Below, in pieces: positions 34,230 through 43,015 of a stretch of DNA of 64,000 nt (position 1 is the first letter of the stretch; each line of letters begins with the position of its first letter). The translations under genes were made by a program, and so were the position numbers. The notes below the pieces were generated by a model, which did not search any database, had not been told where the DNA came from, and saw only the letters and a list, made by a program, of their open reading frames with translations. The DNA lies in the NCBI GenBank assembly GCA_049322915.1, contig JBMOPW010000021.1, positions 26,079 to 90,078 on the forward strand. Reading direction: 5' to 3'. The DNA comes from Candidatus Zhuqueibacterota bacterium. Its GTDB lineage: Bacteria; Zhuqueibacterota; Zhuqueibacteria; Thermofontimicrobiales; Thermofontimicrobiaceae.

Positions 34230-34658
34230 TTATAGTGCTAAAATGAAAATGATCACTGTTTCCAGAGCGATTGCTCCCCAAAAATATTTTTTCGTATGCT
34301 GGCACAGTACCTCTTGTTTGCGAGCCTGTTGCAGCTCGTCGGTTGTTTTATCGAGATTCTGTTTGGTGTGACTCAGGGTGGAGTCGTAGTTGGCCTCTTT
34401 GGCTTCATGGAGCTTGATGATCGAGTCCTGTTTGGCAATCTTGAACAGCAAAAGCTCAACGCGCTTCTCGCAGTTCTTGTATAATTCATTGACGGTGAGC
34501 GTGTTTTTGAACTGAGACTCGGAGATGATGTACACATTCACGTCCGGAACATAGTCGATTTTCGCGCCTTGCTCAAAGAATAAAGGGTATTGAGTCTGGG
34601 CGAATGTAGCGCCGAAACTCAATACGATGAATAGAATGATGGAATAGGTTACTTTCAT
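34230..34658 (-). CDS. Exported coiled-coil protein with C-terminal TM anchor
   Basis: Signal peptide MKVTYSIILFIVLSFGATFA, heptad-rich middle and hydrophobic C-terminus. Confidence 0.6.
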   Translation of the reverse strand: MKVTYSIILFIVLSFGATFAQTQYPLFFEQGAKIDYVPDVNVYIISESQFKNTLTVNELYKNCEKRVELLLFKIAKQDSIIKLHEAKEANYDSTLSHTKQNLDKTTDELQQARKQEVLCQHTKKYFWGAIALETVIIFILAL

Positions 34659-34683
34659 TTTTCGCCTCGTCGTATTAGAAATA

Positions 34684-35067
34684 TCATTTTCCAAAAGCTT
34701 CTCTGAATAGTTCAACCTGCTTTTCACGCGGCATTTGTTCAATTGCTTCCCGAATAGTGGAGCGCTGTTTCTCCAACAACTCGTATTTTTTCTCTATGAT
34801 CTGGATGCTCTTTTCCAACTGATTGATCTGCCACTGAAGCGTTTCTCGCTGCGTTGCCATTTTCGCCTGGTAGGACGATTCCTCTTTCTTCCGTCGGGCA
34901 ATTTCAGCGTCAATCCCTGCCAGCCGCTTATGTAGCCCATGTCCGAACGGGAAAAGCGCAGCAAAACCGATGAGCACTTTTTGCCAATCGACCACCTTCC
35001 AGATTAACAGGTACAGGCCGGCCAGAACAACCAGGACTGCCAAAATAAAAAAGATTGTCCTTCGCAT
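34684..35067 (-). CDS. N-terminally membrane-anchored coiled-coil protein
   Basis: Two short hydrophobic segments followed by a long charged heptad helix; GGGAG RBS. Confidence 0.6.
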   Translation of the reverse strand: MRRTIFFILAVLVVLAGLYLLIWKVVDWQKVLIGFAALFPFGHGLHKRLAGIDAEIARRKKEESSYQAKMATQRETLQWQINQLEKSIQIIEKKYELLEKQRSTIREAIEQMPREKQVELFREAFGK

Positions 35068-35198
35068 AACATGTTCTCCCAATTAAATTATAATACAGAT
35101 GGTTATTTCAATACTCCGCAGTCAATTAGCGATACAATGGAGTGCGACACTTACATTCTCCGCATTCGCGTCATTGAGAACGTTCGAATTCTATCGCC

Positions 35199-36767
35199 TC
35201 ATGCGCTCAGCGCATTGTACTTATTCACATACGTCCGAAGGAGTCTGCCGTATTCTTCGGCGCGCGTCTGACCATTGTAACCCCTGGCGAATGCGATGAA
35301 ATCCTGATTTTGAAGTGACGCGGTCAGGTCATTGCCCTGAATGTACAGGAACAGTCCGATAATCTGGTTTCGAATGTCATTTTGAAAATCATCAAACATT
35401 TGAAAGACCGTTGAATAGCCCAATGTTCCGAAGTTCGCGCCCATAATTTGAGGACTGCCCATACTGATCGATTTGAGCGCGGCCGTTTCATCAAACTGTT
35501 GCGCCAGTTGCAGCGCAGCCCACTCGGGTTGCTGTTGCCCGGTGTGCACCGGCTGCCAGTTGCCGGCGTCGGAATGGCGAAAATGATGCCCCTGCCAGGT
35601 GTTGGGTCGGTCGAATTTAAAATGTTTATTGAACTGGCTTTCGTGATTCGCGCCCCAGTGGCGATAGAAATGATGATTCTCAAATCGGACGATGAGCCGA
35701 CCGTCCGGGCCATATCCCTTGCCGCCGGACTCGACGCACAAAACCGCCAAACCAACGCCGGGATCGATATGATGGTGGGAGCAGATCTGCTTCATCAGCC
35801 CGCCGTATTTATTCCAGGCCGTGGCCATTTTCACCTGCTCATCGGAAAAGTTGCTGCCAATGGCAATGGACTCGCTGGCCGGTGGCCGCAAAGGATCATC
35901 GTCGTAAGAGGGGATGTCGCTATTCGGCGCGCCCGTTTCACGAATATATTGCCGTGCGGCAAAACCGGATGCTGCGATTGGCTTCACTCGCAGCCAGTCA
36001 GATGTCACATCCAGCACTTTCAGCCCGGTGCCGGCTTTGAGCAGCGCGTAGGAAGGATACGTTGTTTTGGGCCCAGTCCGCAGTTGCAAATCGTTGGTGT
36101 TCACTGTCCCGGTTGTGATGGAACCGCTGTCCGGTTCCTCAGAATCTATTTTGCGGATGAATTCCGAGCGGATGTACCCCTCATAAACGATGGTTTCAAT
36201 TTCAGCCCAGTCATGGTCGATTTTTTTGACCTTCAGTTCCGTATTCTCCGGCAGCACGGCCGTGATTGGATAATTCACTCCGGCGCCGCTTCGCACGTTG
36301 ACCAGCGGATCGTTCACCACCGCTTTGTAGAGGGCGTCCGGAACCGCGCCCCCGCCGTATACCTCAACCACCAGGTCTTTGAGGATGTATCCACTCAGAC
36401 GTTTGGACTTCACCCGCGACCATTCAGTTTTTTCCTCAAGAATTTCCAGCACTGTGCCTTTGTAGACTGTGGCCATAACGCCAAATTCATAGCTCGCCCC
36501 GCTTCGGATGTTCAAGGCATCCGGTTCGACAATGGCAAGCGCCGCGGAATGTCCACCATCGCCGGACTGTGGGGCGGTAAACGTCACCCAGGCGCGACTC
36601 ACATACCCTTCAATCAGGCAAGCATCAATTTCAAACCATTCATCGATGGTGCTGACAATCGTCACCTGGGTGCCGCGCGCCAATTGAAAGATAACCGGAA
36701 AGCTGGTTCCAGTTCCCGAACGAACATTCAGGAAATCCGCATGAATAACTCCGTTTTTGAATGCCAT
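35199..36767 (-). CDS. Four SH3b domains plus N-acetylmuramidase (DUF3380-type) catalytic domain
   Basis: Four (L/V)N(V/I)RSG-like SH3 repeats; AVLCVESGG, RFENHHF, SISMGSPQIMGAN and FARGYNG motifs. No signal peptide. Confidence 0.88.
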   Translation of the reverse strand: MAFKNGVIHADFLNVRSGTGTSFPVIFQLARGTQVTIVSTIDEWFEIDACLIEGYVSRAWVTFTAPQSGDGGHSAALAIVEPDALNIRSGASYEFGVMATVYKGTVLEILEEKTEWSRVKSKRLSGYILKDLVVEVYGGGAVPDALYKAVVNDPLVNVRSGAGVNYPITAVLPENTELKVKKIDHDWAEIETIVYEGYIRSEFIRKIDSEEPDSGSITTGTVNTNDLQLRTGPKTTYPSYALLKAGTGLKVLDVTSDWLRVKPIAASGFAARQYIRETGAPNSDIPSYDDDPLRPPASESIAIGSNFSDEQVKMATAWNKYGGLMKQICSHHHIDPGVGLAVLCVESGGKGYGPDGRLIVRFENHHFYRHWGANHESQFNKHFKFDRPNTWQGHHFRHSDAGNWQPVHTGQQQPEWAALQLAQQFDETAALKSISMGSPQIMGANFGTLGYSTVFQMFDDFQNDIRNQIIGLFLYIQGNDLTASLQNQDFIAFARGYNGQTRAEEYGRLLRTYVNKYNALSA

Positions 36768-36876
36768 GGTGTGAAGGCCTTTCTTTTCTGAAGAATAAAG
36801 ATGAACTGAACCGGAAGATTTTTTCGAAGCGTAACGTTTAAAATTTTCAGGCAAGAAACATCAAACAGCCGTGGTT

Positions 36877-36905
36877 AATGTAACAATATTGTCAAGAAAA
36901 GTCAA
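36877..36905 (-). promoter_or_regulatory. Putative sigma70 promoter of the muramidase operon
   Basis: Minus strand TTGACT-N17-TACATT. Confidence 0.55.
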
Positions 36906-37195
36906 GTGAAAATTAAGGAGTCCCAGCCTCAGTCGCGCCGCTGAAATTCTTCCGGAGAATATAAAGGAATTAAAAAGTACTGCTCACGAAATCCCGCGCA
37001 GCTAAATGCCCAAATTTTGCCTTGACTTTGGTGTTTAAAATATTATCTTTTACAAATTATTCGACTGCGACAAAATTAACCCTGCAACGTCATTTAGTAA
37101 ATTTATCACAATATGTTGAGTTTTTCATCTATCAAAAATAAAATATACAACGATAAAAAATCTATGTGACGTAGTAGGGTTAACAGAAGGGAAAA

Positions 37196-37675
37196 ATGAG
37201 AATGAGTGAGACGAGAGTCAAACAACCGACATCGCGTGGTTGCTTCCTGTGCGGGCGTGAGAATAACTTCGGTTTGAAAATGGAGTGGTACAATAATTTG
37301 GAAAAAAATGTGGTGGAAGGCGAAATTATTGTCCCGGAGCATTTTAACGGGTATCCCGGCATTGTGCACGGCGGCATCGTCAGCGCTATTTTGGATGAGA
37401 CTGCCGGTCGCGCAGTGATGCTCAATGGAGATTTCGATAATTTATTTGTGACGTTGAAATTGAATGTGACCTTCCGGACGTTCACTCCCACGCAGCAACC
37501 GCTCAAAGCTATTGGCTGGCTGGTGGGAACAGGAAACCGGAGCATGAAAGTCGCTGCGGAGCTGCGCCTTCCAGACGGCATTGTCACGGCTGAATGCGAT
37601 GCGGTGGTAGTCAGAGCGCCCGATGAAGTGAAAGCGCAATGGCAGCCAGAGGTCGATAGCTGGCGAGTCGAGTGA
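37196..37675 (+). CDS. PaaI family thioesterase
   Basis: CFLCG.EN..GL and GYPGIVHGGIVSAILDE motifs. Confidence 0.9.
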   Translation: MRMSETRVKQPTSRGCFLCGRENNFGLKMEWYNNLEKNVVEGEIIVPEHFNGYPGIVHGGIVSAILDETAGRAVMLNGDFDNLFVTLKLNVTFRTFTPTQQPLKAIGWLVGTGNRSMKVAAELRLPDGIVTAECDAVVVRAPDEVKAQWQPEVDSWRVE

Positions 37676-37729
37676 TGGTGTCCTTTGACCAAATTCACCG
37701 TCGATGCCAGAAATTTTCCAAATAAATTC

Positions 37730-37758
37730 TTGACATTAAAAAAAAAATTTATTATATT
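37730..37758 (+). promoter_or_regulatory. sigma70 promoter of the tRNA
   Basis: TTGACA-N17-TATATT, 13 nt upstream of the tRNA. Confidence 0.8.
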
Positions 37759-37771
37759 CCTCGACCTAAAT

Positions 37772-37844
37772 CGCGGGGTGGAGCAGTTGGTAGCTCGTTG
37801 GGCTCATAACCCAAAGGCCGTAGGTTCGAATCCTACCCCCGCTA
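37772..37844 (+). tRNA. tRNA-Met (CAT), initiator type; CCA not encoded
   Basis: Cloverleaf with acceptor CGCGGGG/CCCCGCT and a 1:72 mismatch. Anticodon stem TTGGG/CCCAA has three G-C pairs, loop CTCATAA; T-loop TTCGAAT. Confidence 0.97.
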
Positions 37845-37857
37845 CTAACTATAAATT

Positions 37858-37892
37858 AAGGGTTTAAATTGAATGATTTGAACCCTTTTTTT
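37858..37892 (+). terminator. Rho-independent terminator after the tRNA
   Basis: AAGGGTTTAAAT-N6-ATTTGAACCCTT followed by a T run. Confidence 0.8.
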
Positions 37893-37951
37893 GTTTATTG
37901 CCTGGATTTTCCAACTCTATTTCCAACCTTTTATTCACAGTTCTCAACAAA

Positions 37952-38176
37952 TTAATGTTTAACTCCGAAATTCCGAATCTCCTCTCGTTGTTTGGTGTTC
38001 ACCCGAAACGATTCCATATACTCAATCACATCAGTATAATTGTACCTGACCGATTTCCCAATTTTAATATAAGGGATTCCTTTGCCCAAAAACCGATAAT
38101 TTCGCAACGTGCTCAAGGCAAATTTTGTGATTTCTGCTACCTGTTTTTCCGTTAGATATTTTACTTCATCATGCAT
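37952..38176 (-). CDS. AlpA/excisionase-like HTH protein
   Basis: YLTEKQVAE....STLRNYR..GKGIPYIKIGKSVRY. Confidence 0.85.
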   Translation of the reverse strand: MHDEVKYLTEKQVAEITKFALSTLRNYRFLGKGIPYIKIGKSVRYNYTDVIEYMESFRVNTKQREEIRNFGVKH

Positions 38177-38253
38177 TGTCTCTGCTCCTGCAAATTATTA
38201 TTTATATCTATTAAAATCATTTTACTCTAATCGAAGCTAAAAAAAGGAATTAT

Positions 38254-38640
38254 TCAATATAGGTGCTGTTTATTTTCTCGTTTAAAATAATCATTCTTCG
38301 TTCTGGCTTTTTGCGGAATATAAATTCGCACAATATCCTCATCTTTTCTTTCTTTTCCCTTATCAATGTTTTTATACAAACCAATCATTTCCAGGGCGAT
38401 TTTAGTCGCTTCAGTTTTTCCCTTTCTGGATTGAGTGATCAAATCTCGCACTAAGTCAATGGCATATTTCTGAATCATTTCACTTGCGGTTTCTTTGAGA
38501 TCATCTCGATATTTCTTTTTTAAATCATAGAAATACTGTTCCGATATGCCGAGTTTAGTCGCTAATTCAATATTGGTTAGTCCTTGTTCATTATTTTCAA
38601 TTGCTTCGATGAATTTATTTTTTGTAATTTTTACCGACAT
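38254..38640 (-). CDS. HTH protein resembling phBC6A51-type small terminase-like proteins
   Basis: LTNIELATKLGISEQYFY HTH; GKTEATKIALEMIG helix; C-terminal VRIYIP strand. Confidence 0.6.
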   Translation of the reverse strand: MSVKITKNKFIEAIENNEQGLTNIELATKLGISEQYFYDLKKKYRDDLKETASEMIQKYAIDLVRDLITQSRKGKTEATKIALEMIGLYKNIDKGKERKDEDIVRIYIPQKARTKNDYFKRENKQHLY

Positions 38641-38687
38641 AATCTGTAATTTCTCTATTATTTTCTAATTCAATGAAATCTTTTTTT

Positions 38688-39737
38688 TTATTCAGCCAAT
38701 TTGAATTTCAACTCATCGATCAGTGATATACAATTTATATTTTCATTTTGGTTAGTGCTAATCATTTCAATTAATAATTTTTCATATTCTTTGTAATAGC
38801 GGCTTGGTTTAGTATTTTTGCCTAATTTTGACCGAATATATTTCATAATTAATTGCATATCATAATTGAATTGTTCGATGATTTGCTCCCTTCCGACTCT
38901 TTTTTCAAGCTGGGCTAATGATAAATCTTGATGCTCTTGCTCTTCAGCCAACTTAAACTTGTAATTTGCAGTAATATTATTCAACATTTCAAAATTTACC
39001 CTGCTATCACTTTTAAGTGCATCGCATAACTTTATGCCATTATATGATTGTGGTATTTTCAAATATTTTCTCATTTGATAAAAGTGATTTAGGTTGCTTT
39101 CAACTCGAATTTCTTCTTTAAAAATCATCGGACTTACATATCTAAGCATTTCTCTATCTTTCTGCATTTCATAAAATTTTAAATAAAAACTGATTCGATC
39201 CCTTAAATGCTTAGTCCGCACATTCCTTGTAAAGCTAATTCCAGTCTTATAATGATTTACATAATAGTTATGATTGACTCGATAATTATAAAGTGCATCC
39301 AAATATTCTTGTGGATTCCTTTCTACTTTTAAATTATTCGTCACATGCAATTTTAAAATCTGACTGTTTAAAAAATCAGATTCTTTGAAGGAAATCGACG
39401 AGGTATTTAAATTTGCCAGCAGCTTTAAGATATTATTTTTATGAATCAAATCGTGATAATCCTCTTTTAATATTTTTGCTGATGTCTCAACTATAATCTT
39501 TTGATTATAGTTACATTCCTTTAATATCAAATTGTTTACGCCAAACGGAAGAAACTCTTTCATTAAAAAGCATTCTTTTTGCTTGATAACTTCCTCACCA
39601 TTTTCAGATGCAGTATGATAGGTTTTTTCAAAATGATTTAAATTAATATCAATAAGACTTTCCATTGGTAATTTTATCTTAATCGAATCGAGCATTAACA
39701 TTTCATTATTAATTCTTGAATCTATGAAGGTATTCAA
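38688..39737 (-). CDS. Putative replication initiator (phage/plasmid gene II/X, Rep_trans-like)
   Basis: MLDSIKI start, SAKIL, LHVT, ISFYLK (YxK) and IRVE motif order. Confidence 0.55.
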   Translation of the reverse strand: MNTFIDSRINNEMLMLDSIKIKLPMESLIDINLNHFEKTYHTASENGEEVIKQKECFLMKEFLPFGVNNLILKECNYNQKIIVETSAKILKEDYHDLIHKNNILKLLANLNTSSISFKESDFLNSQILKLHVTNNLKVERNPQEYLDALYNYRVNHNYYVNHYKTGISFTRNVRTKHLRDRISFYLKFYEMQKDREMLRYVSPMIFKEEIRVESNLNHFYQMRKYLKIPQSYNGIKLCDALKSDSRVNFEMLNNITANYKFKLAEEQEHQDLSLAQLEKRVGREQIIEQFNYDMQLIMKYIRSKLGKNTKPSRYYKEYEKLLIEMISTNQNENINCISLIDELKFKLAE

Positions 39738-39833
39738 ATTGAATCCCTTTTTAACAGTGATACTATTATGTTAAGATTCAATTTCCCGCTCCGTTCCATT
39801 ATGGGATAACCACTTTCCTGATCGATCCACCAC

Positions 39834-40070
39834 TCAATGAATTCCGCCACCCAACTCTCGGAGAACATCTTCTGCAGTAATCTCCGTTTTCTTTGAACGT
39901 TCATCCATCAATCGTTGAATTTCCGATTTGATGTAAGGTTTTGTCAAGTTTTCTGATCCAATCGCCCTTGCCGTACGGTTATTATACCCCGCACGAATCG
40001 CTGCTTTTGTGGCGCACAAGTCCACTAAATACTCTTCACTGAATAGTTTTTGTTTATCTGTTAGTTTCAT
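39834..40070 (-). pseudogene. terS: Terminase small subunit, C-terminally truncated
   Basis: LTDKQKLF.EEYLVDL.ATKAAIRAGY...A..IGSENLTKP.I...ITAEDVLREL; only 78 aa. Confidence 0.85.
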
Positions 40071-40177
40071 TTATCCATCCAAGATTAGAATTAAAACTTT
40101 AAATATTTATTCATTCCATCAGATTCATTCTAAAAATGGTTCACTTAGTTCATATACCTATATTGTGAACCAGTGAA

Positions 40178-41089
40178 CTACTTTTTATACCACAATCCAT
40201 CATCACCCTTGTAGATTAATTTATCTTCAATAAGTCTGTCTATTATTAATTTAAGAGAGCTTTTCCCTTTATCTGATTCCTTTTCAAGTTCTGACCATTT
40301 CATTCCTGTTTTTTGGTCTAATAAATTTAAAATAAGTTCATCAGAATTAGTACGCTGCATCGCATCATATTTGCCAGTGCAGGTCCATTGTAAATTTTCT
40401 TCCAGAGTTAAAATTAATGGTTCCTGACTGGCACATATTTTTCCTGTAAAAGATACCTGCACTTGGTGATTTTCAGTTCCTTTTCGTTTTAGCATTATCG
40501 CTAAATCAATTGCTCCAAATATAGCGCTCGATCCTCGAATTGAATTTCCATTTTCTCCGCCTGATTTTCTGTCGTGATGAACGATAATTATACCCACACC
40601 TGTTTCAGAAGCTACATCTTTTAACATATAAATTGCTTTCGCTGCATCAGCAGAATTTTCATCCGCTTTGTGAAATCGGATGTAAGGATCAAACATCAAT
40701 AATCCAATTTTTTCACGCTTTATTATTTCAGTCAAAGATTTAATATTTCTTTGCTGGTCAAGGAATTTACTGCCAAAATCGATTAAAAAGTCTTCATTTG
40801 GTTCTAATTCCATCTTTTTAATTCTATTTTGAAAAATCGGTGCACCGTCCTCAGCAGAAACAAGGGCGACTTTCTTTTTTGCAGTTTCCATTCCTAAAAA
40901 ACGCGCTCCCTGCGACACCGCTAAACCGATATTTAATTCTAGTAATGATTTTCCGAGTTTCGGACTTCCTGAAATCATTGTCAAACTGCCCTCTGCCAAC
41001 CATCCTTTTATAATCCAGGTAATGTCAGAAGTCTCTTTTAAAACCTGTTTGAGTGGTTGAAAATTCCACACATTACTTACAGTTTTCAT
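40178..41089 (-). CDS. AAA_25 RecA/RepA-like replicative helicase
   Basis: WIIKGWL, GSPKLGKS, SAED, FDP, VHHDRK and RGSSAIFG motifs. Confidence 0.88.
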   Translation of the reverse strand: MKTVSNVWNFQPLKQVLKETSDITWIIKGWLAEGSLTMISGSPKLGKSLLELNIGLAVSQGARFLGMETAKKKVALVSAEDGAPIFQNRIKKMELEPNEDFLIDFGSKFLDQQRNIKSLTEIIKREKIGLLMFDPYIRFHKADENSADAAKAIYMLKDVASETGVGIIIVHHDRKSGGENGNSIRGSSAIFGAIDLAIMLKRKGTENHQVQVSFTGKICASQEPLILTLEENLQWTCTGKYDAMQRTNSDELILNLLDQKTGMKWSELEKESDKGKSSLKLIIDRLIEDKLIYKGDDGLWYKK

Positions 41090-41146
41090 TGTTAAATTTT
41101 TCTATTTTAATGTCTGTATCACTGTATAATTTCATTTTTATTAGTA

Positions 41147-41713
41147 TTATGATTTTAAGATTTGATGTTTTTCAAATATCAAATAATTCAGTTCTGAATC
41201 CAACTGGTTTAACCTCTGATCAGTTTCTTCAATGAAATATCTATATTTTTCTCTTTCATTCTTCATTGTAATTAAAATATCAGTATCAATTTCAATTTTT
41301 TTTTCAATTTCCTTGATTTTCGACTCAAACTGTAACAAATCATAATTTTGATTTTTTACTCGTTTCACAACAAACTCAGGTATCTCCCTTTTCGAATAAT
41401 CCACACGTCTATTTTCATAAACATTATTATTATAAATCTCATATCCAGATATAGCACATAAAAACCGAACCGCTTCTAGAAAAGAATAATGCTTTACCAG
41501 TTGGACCAATTCTATTTTATCACCATGCTGGTTATAAGAATAACAGTAAAACGTATCATCGTTCCACGCAAACGAATTTGGATTATCTCCACCATGGATC
41601 AAACATGCTGATCTTTTATTTCTTAAATTCATTTTTTTAAAATTCAACCGACTCAATAAATCTTCCATCTTCACTGAACTTTTTAACATATCCAATTCCC
41701 ATCGACTATACAT
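41147..41713 (-). CDS. CHC2 zinc-finger (primase N-terminal) protein; fourth Cys replaced by Tyr
   Basis: CLIH...FYCYSY..HGD.IELV......F.EAV..L. Confidence 0.8.
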   Translation of the reverse strand: MYSRWELDMLKSSVKMEDLLSRLNFKKMNLRNKRSACLIHGGDNPNSFAWNDDTFYCYSYNQHGDKIELVQLVKHYSFLEAVRFLCAISGYEIYNNNVYENRRVDYSKREIPEFVVKRVKNQNYDLLQFESKIKEIEKKIEIDTDILITMKNEREKYRYFIEETDQRLNQLDSELNYLIFEKHQILKS

Positions 41714-41751
41714 CGCCGCACCTCTGAAATTTTCTCAATAATTCGCTTCCG

Positions 41752-42018
41752 CTAAAGATTTGTATTGTAGTTTTTTTCATTAAGCACAAAATTATTTAAA
41801 TCTTCTCTTTTAAAATAAATTTTTCTCCCCTGCAATTTATAATATTGAAGAATTCCCTTCGATGTATAACCATATAGAGTATTTCTTGATATTCCGAGAT
41901 ATTCGCTGGCTTCAACTATTGAAAGAAACGGTTTCTCTTCCTTCTCAATCAGTCTTTTAATTTCTGATAGCGCATAATCAAATTCATTCATGTAATCTTT
42001 ATTTTCATCTGTTTTCAT
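41752..42018 (-). CDS. Excisionase-family HTH protein (HTH_17)
   Basis: FLSIVEASEYLGISRNTLYGYTSKGIL.YYK..GRKIYFKREDL. Confidence 0.88.
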   Translation of the reverse strand: MKTDENKDYMNEFDYALSEIKRLIEKEEKPFLSIVEASEYLGISRNTLYGYTSKGILQYYKLQGRKIYFKREDLNNFVLNEKNYNTNL

Positions 42019-42125
42019 AAAAAAAATCCCCATTGTAATAAATACAAACAACAATTAGCTGTTGGTATAATATACAACGGGGATTAAAAAAATATAAACA
42101 ATATTAACGTTAATATTCTGTTTTT

Positions 42126-42962
42126 TTAACTATTTTTATGTTTATGCCATAAAAACCTCATATCTTCTTCTGTCAAATCTATAATTTTTTTGTCATTCTT
42201 AAGATATCTCAAATGATTATTCAACCAATTAACCAATGTATATTCACTAATGTCATATTTTTGAACTATATTGTTCAAAATCCCATTGTAATTTAAGTTT
42301 GTTTTTCCGTTTCTCAATTTTTCCAGCATTTGGGCAAAATATAATAATTTTTCCAAATCAGTTTGTGAAGTCGGTCTGTGCTGAGGTCTTTTTTTGGTAG
42401 CTTTATCGACCTCATTTATTTTCTTGTCAAGCGCTTTAATCCTTTCCAATATTTTACTTTTAAAATTGCCATACATTTGTCTTGTATAATTATTTCCATA
42501 GAGTTCTGATTGAATTCTAAATTCTTTGTATACATATCTTAAATAAATCAACTGATTGTAAATCGATCCTATTTCTTTCGAATGCTCTTTAATTTTATTT
42601 AAATCATAATCAAATAATTCCCATTCTCTAAAATATATTTTCAAAACAGATGAATTGAATATTTCATTTATCCAAATTTCATCAGCAATAGAATCACCAT
42701 CTTCATGTTTTGGCTTCTTTGTTTTTCCAGATAGCCCGATAATGTATTCCCAATAATCCTTTTCCAATGTTACTAACAATCGGAGATTGATTCCAGGTAT
42801 TTCGAGAAACTTTGAATGTTGTTCATCATATTTTTTTATTTGATCTTTGTAAAAATCAATTCTGTCCTCAATCCCATTTATTTCATTACCATATTTTCTA
42901 AGCTTTTCAAATCCTTCAACAGTAAACTCAAATTCTGGATAAATATTTTCCGAGTCGCTCAC
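42126..42962 (-). CDS. Hypothetical protein (possible C-terminal HTH)
   Basis: 278 aa ORF with GGAG RBS and GTG start; weak internal duplication; no family recognised. Confidence 0.6.
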   Translation of the reverse strand: MSDSENIYPEFEFTVEGFEKLRKYGNEINGIEDRIDFYKDQIKKYDEQHSKFLEIPGINLRLLVTLEKDYWEYIIGLSGKTKKPKHEDGDSIADEIWINEIFNSSVLKIYFREWELFDYDLNKIKEHSKEIGSIYNQLIYLRYVYKEFRIQSELYGNNYTRQMYGNFKSKILERIKALDKKINEVDKATKKRPQHRPTSQTDLEKLLYFAQMLEKLRNGKTNLNYNGILNNIVQKYDISEYTLVNWLNNHLRYLKNDKKIIDLTEEDMRFLWHKHKNS

Positions 42963-43015
42963 GAATTATACTCCTGATTAATTGTTAATTACATCATGCA
43001 TATTTAAAACCCCTC

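Noticed and set aside
35448..36791. 447 aa plus-strand ORF and other long antisense ORFs (1644-2351, 5968-6849, 27961-28842, 29964-30773, 45086-46105)
   Set aside because: Shadows of well-supported minus-strand genes in GC-rich sequence; no recognisable motifs.
37685..37867. 60 aa ORF
   Set aside because: Overlaps the tRNA and its promoter.
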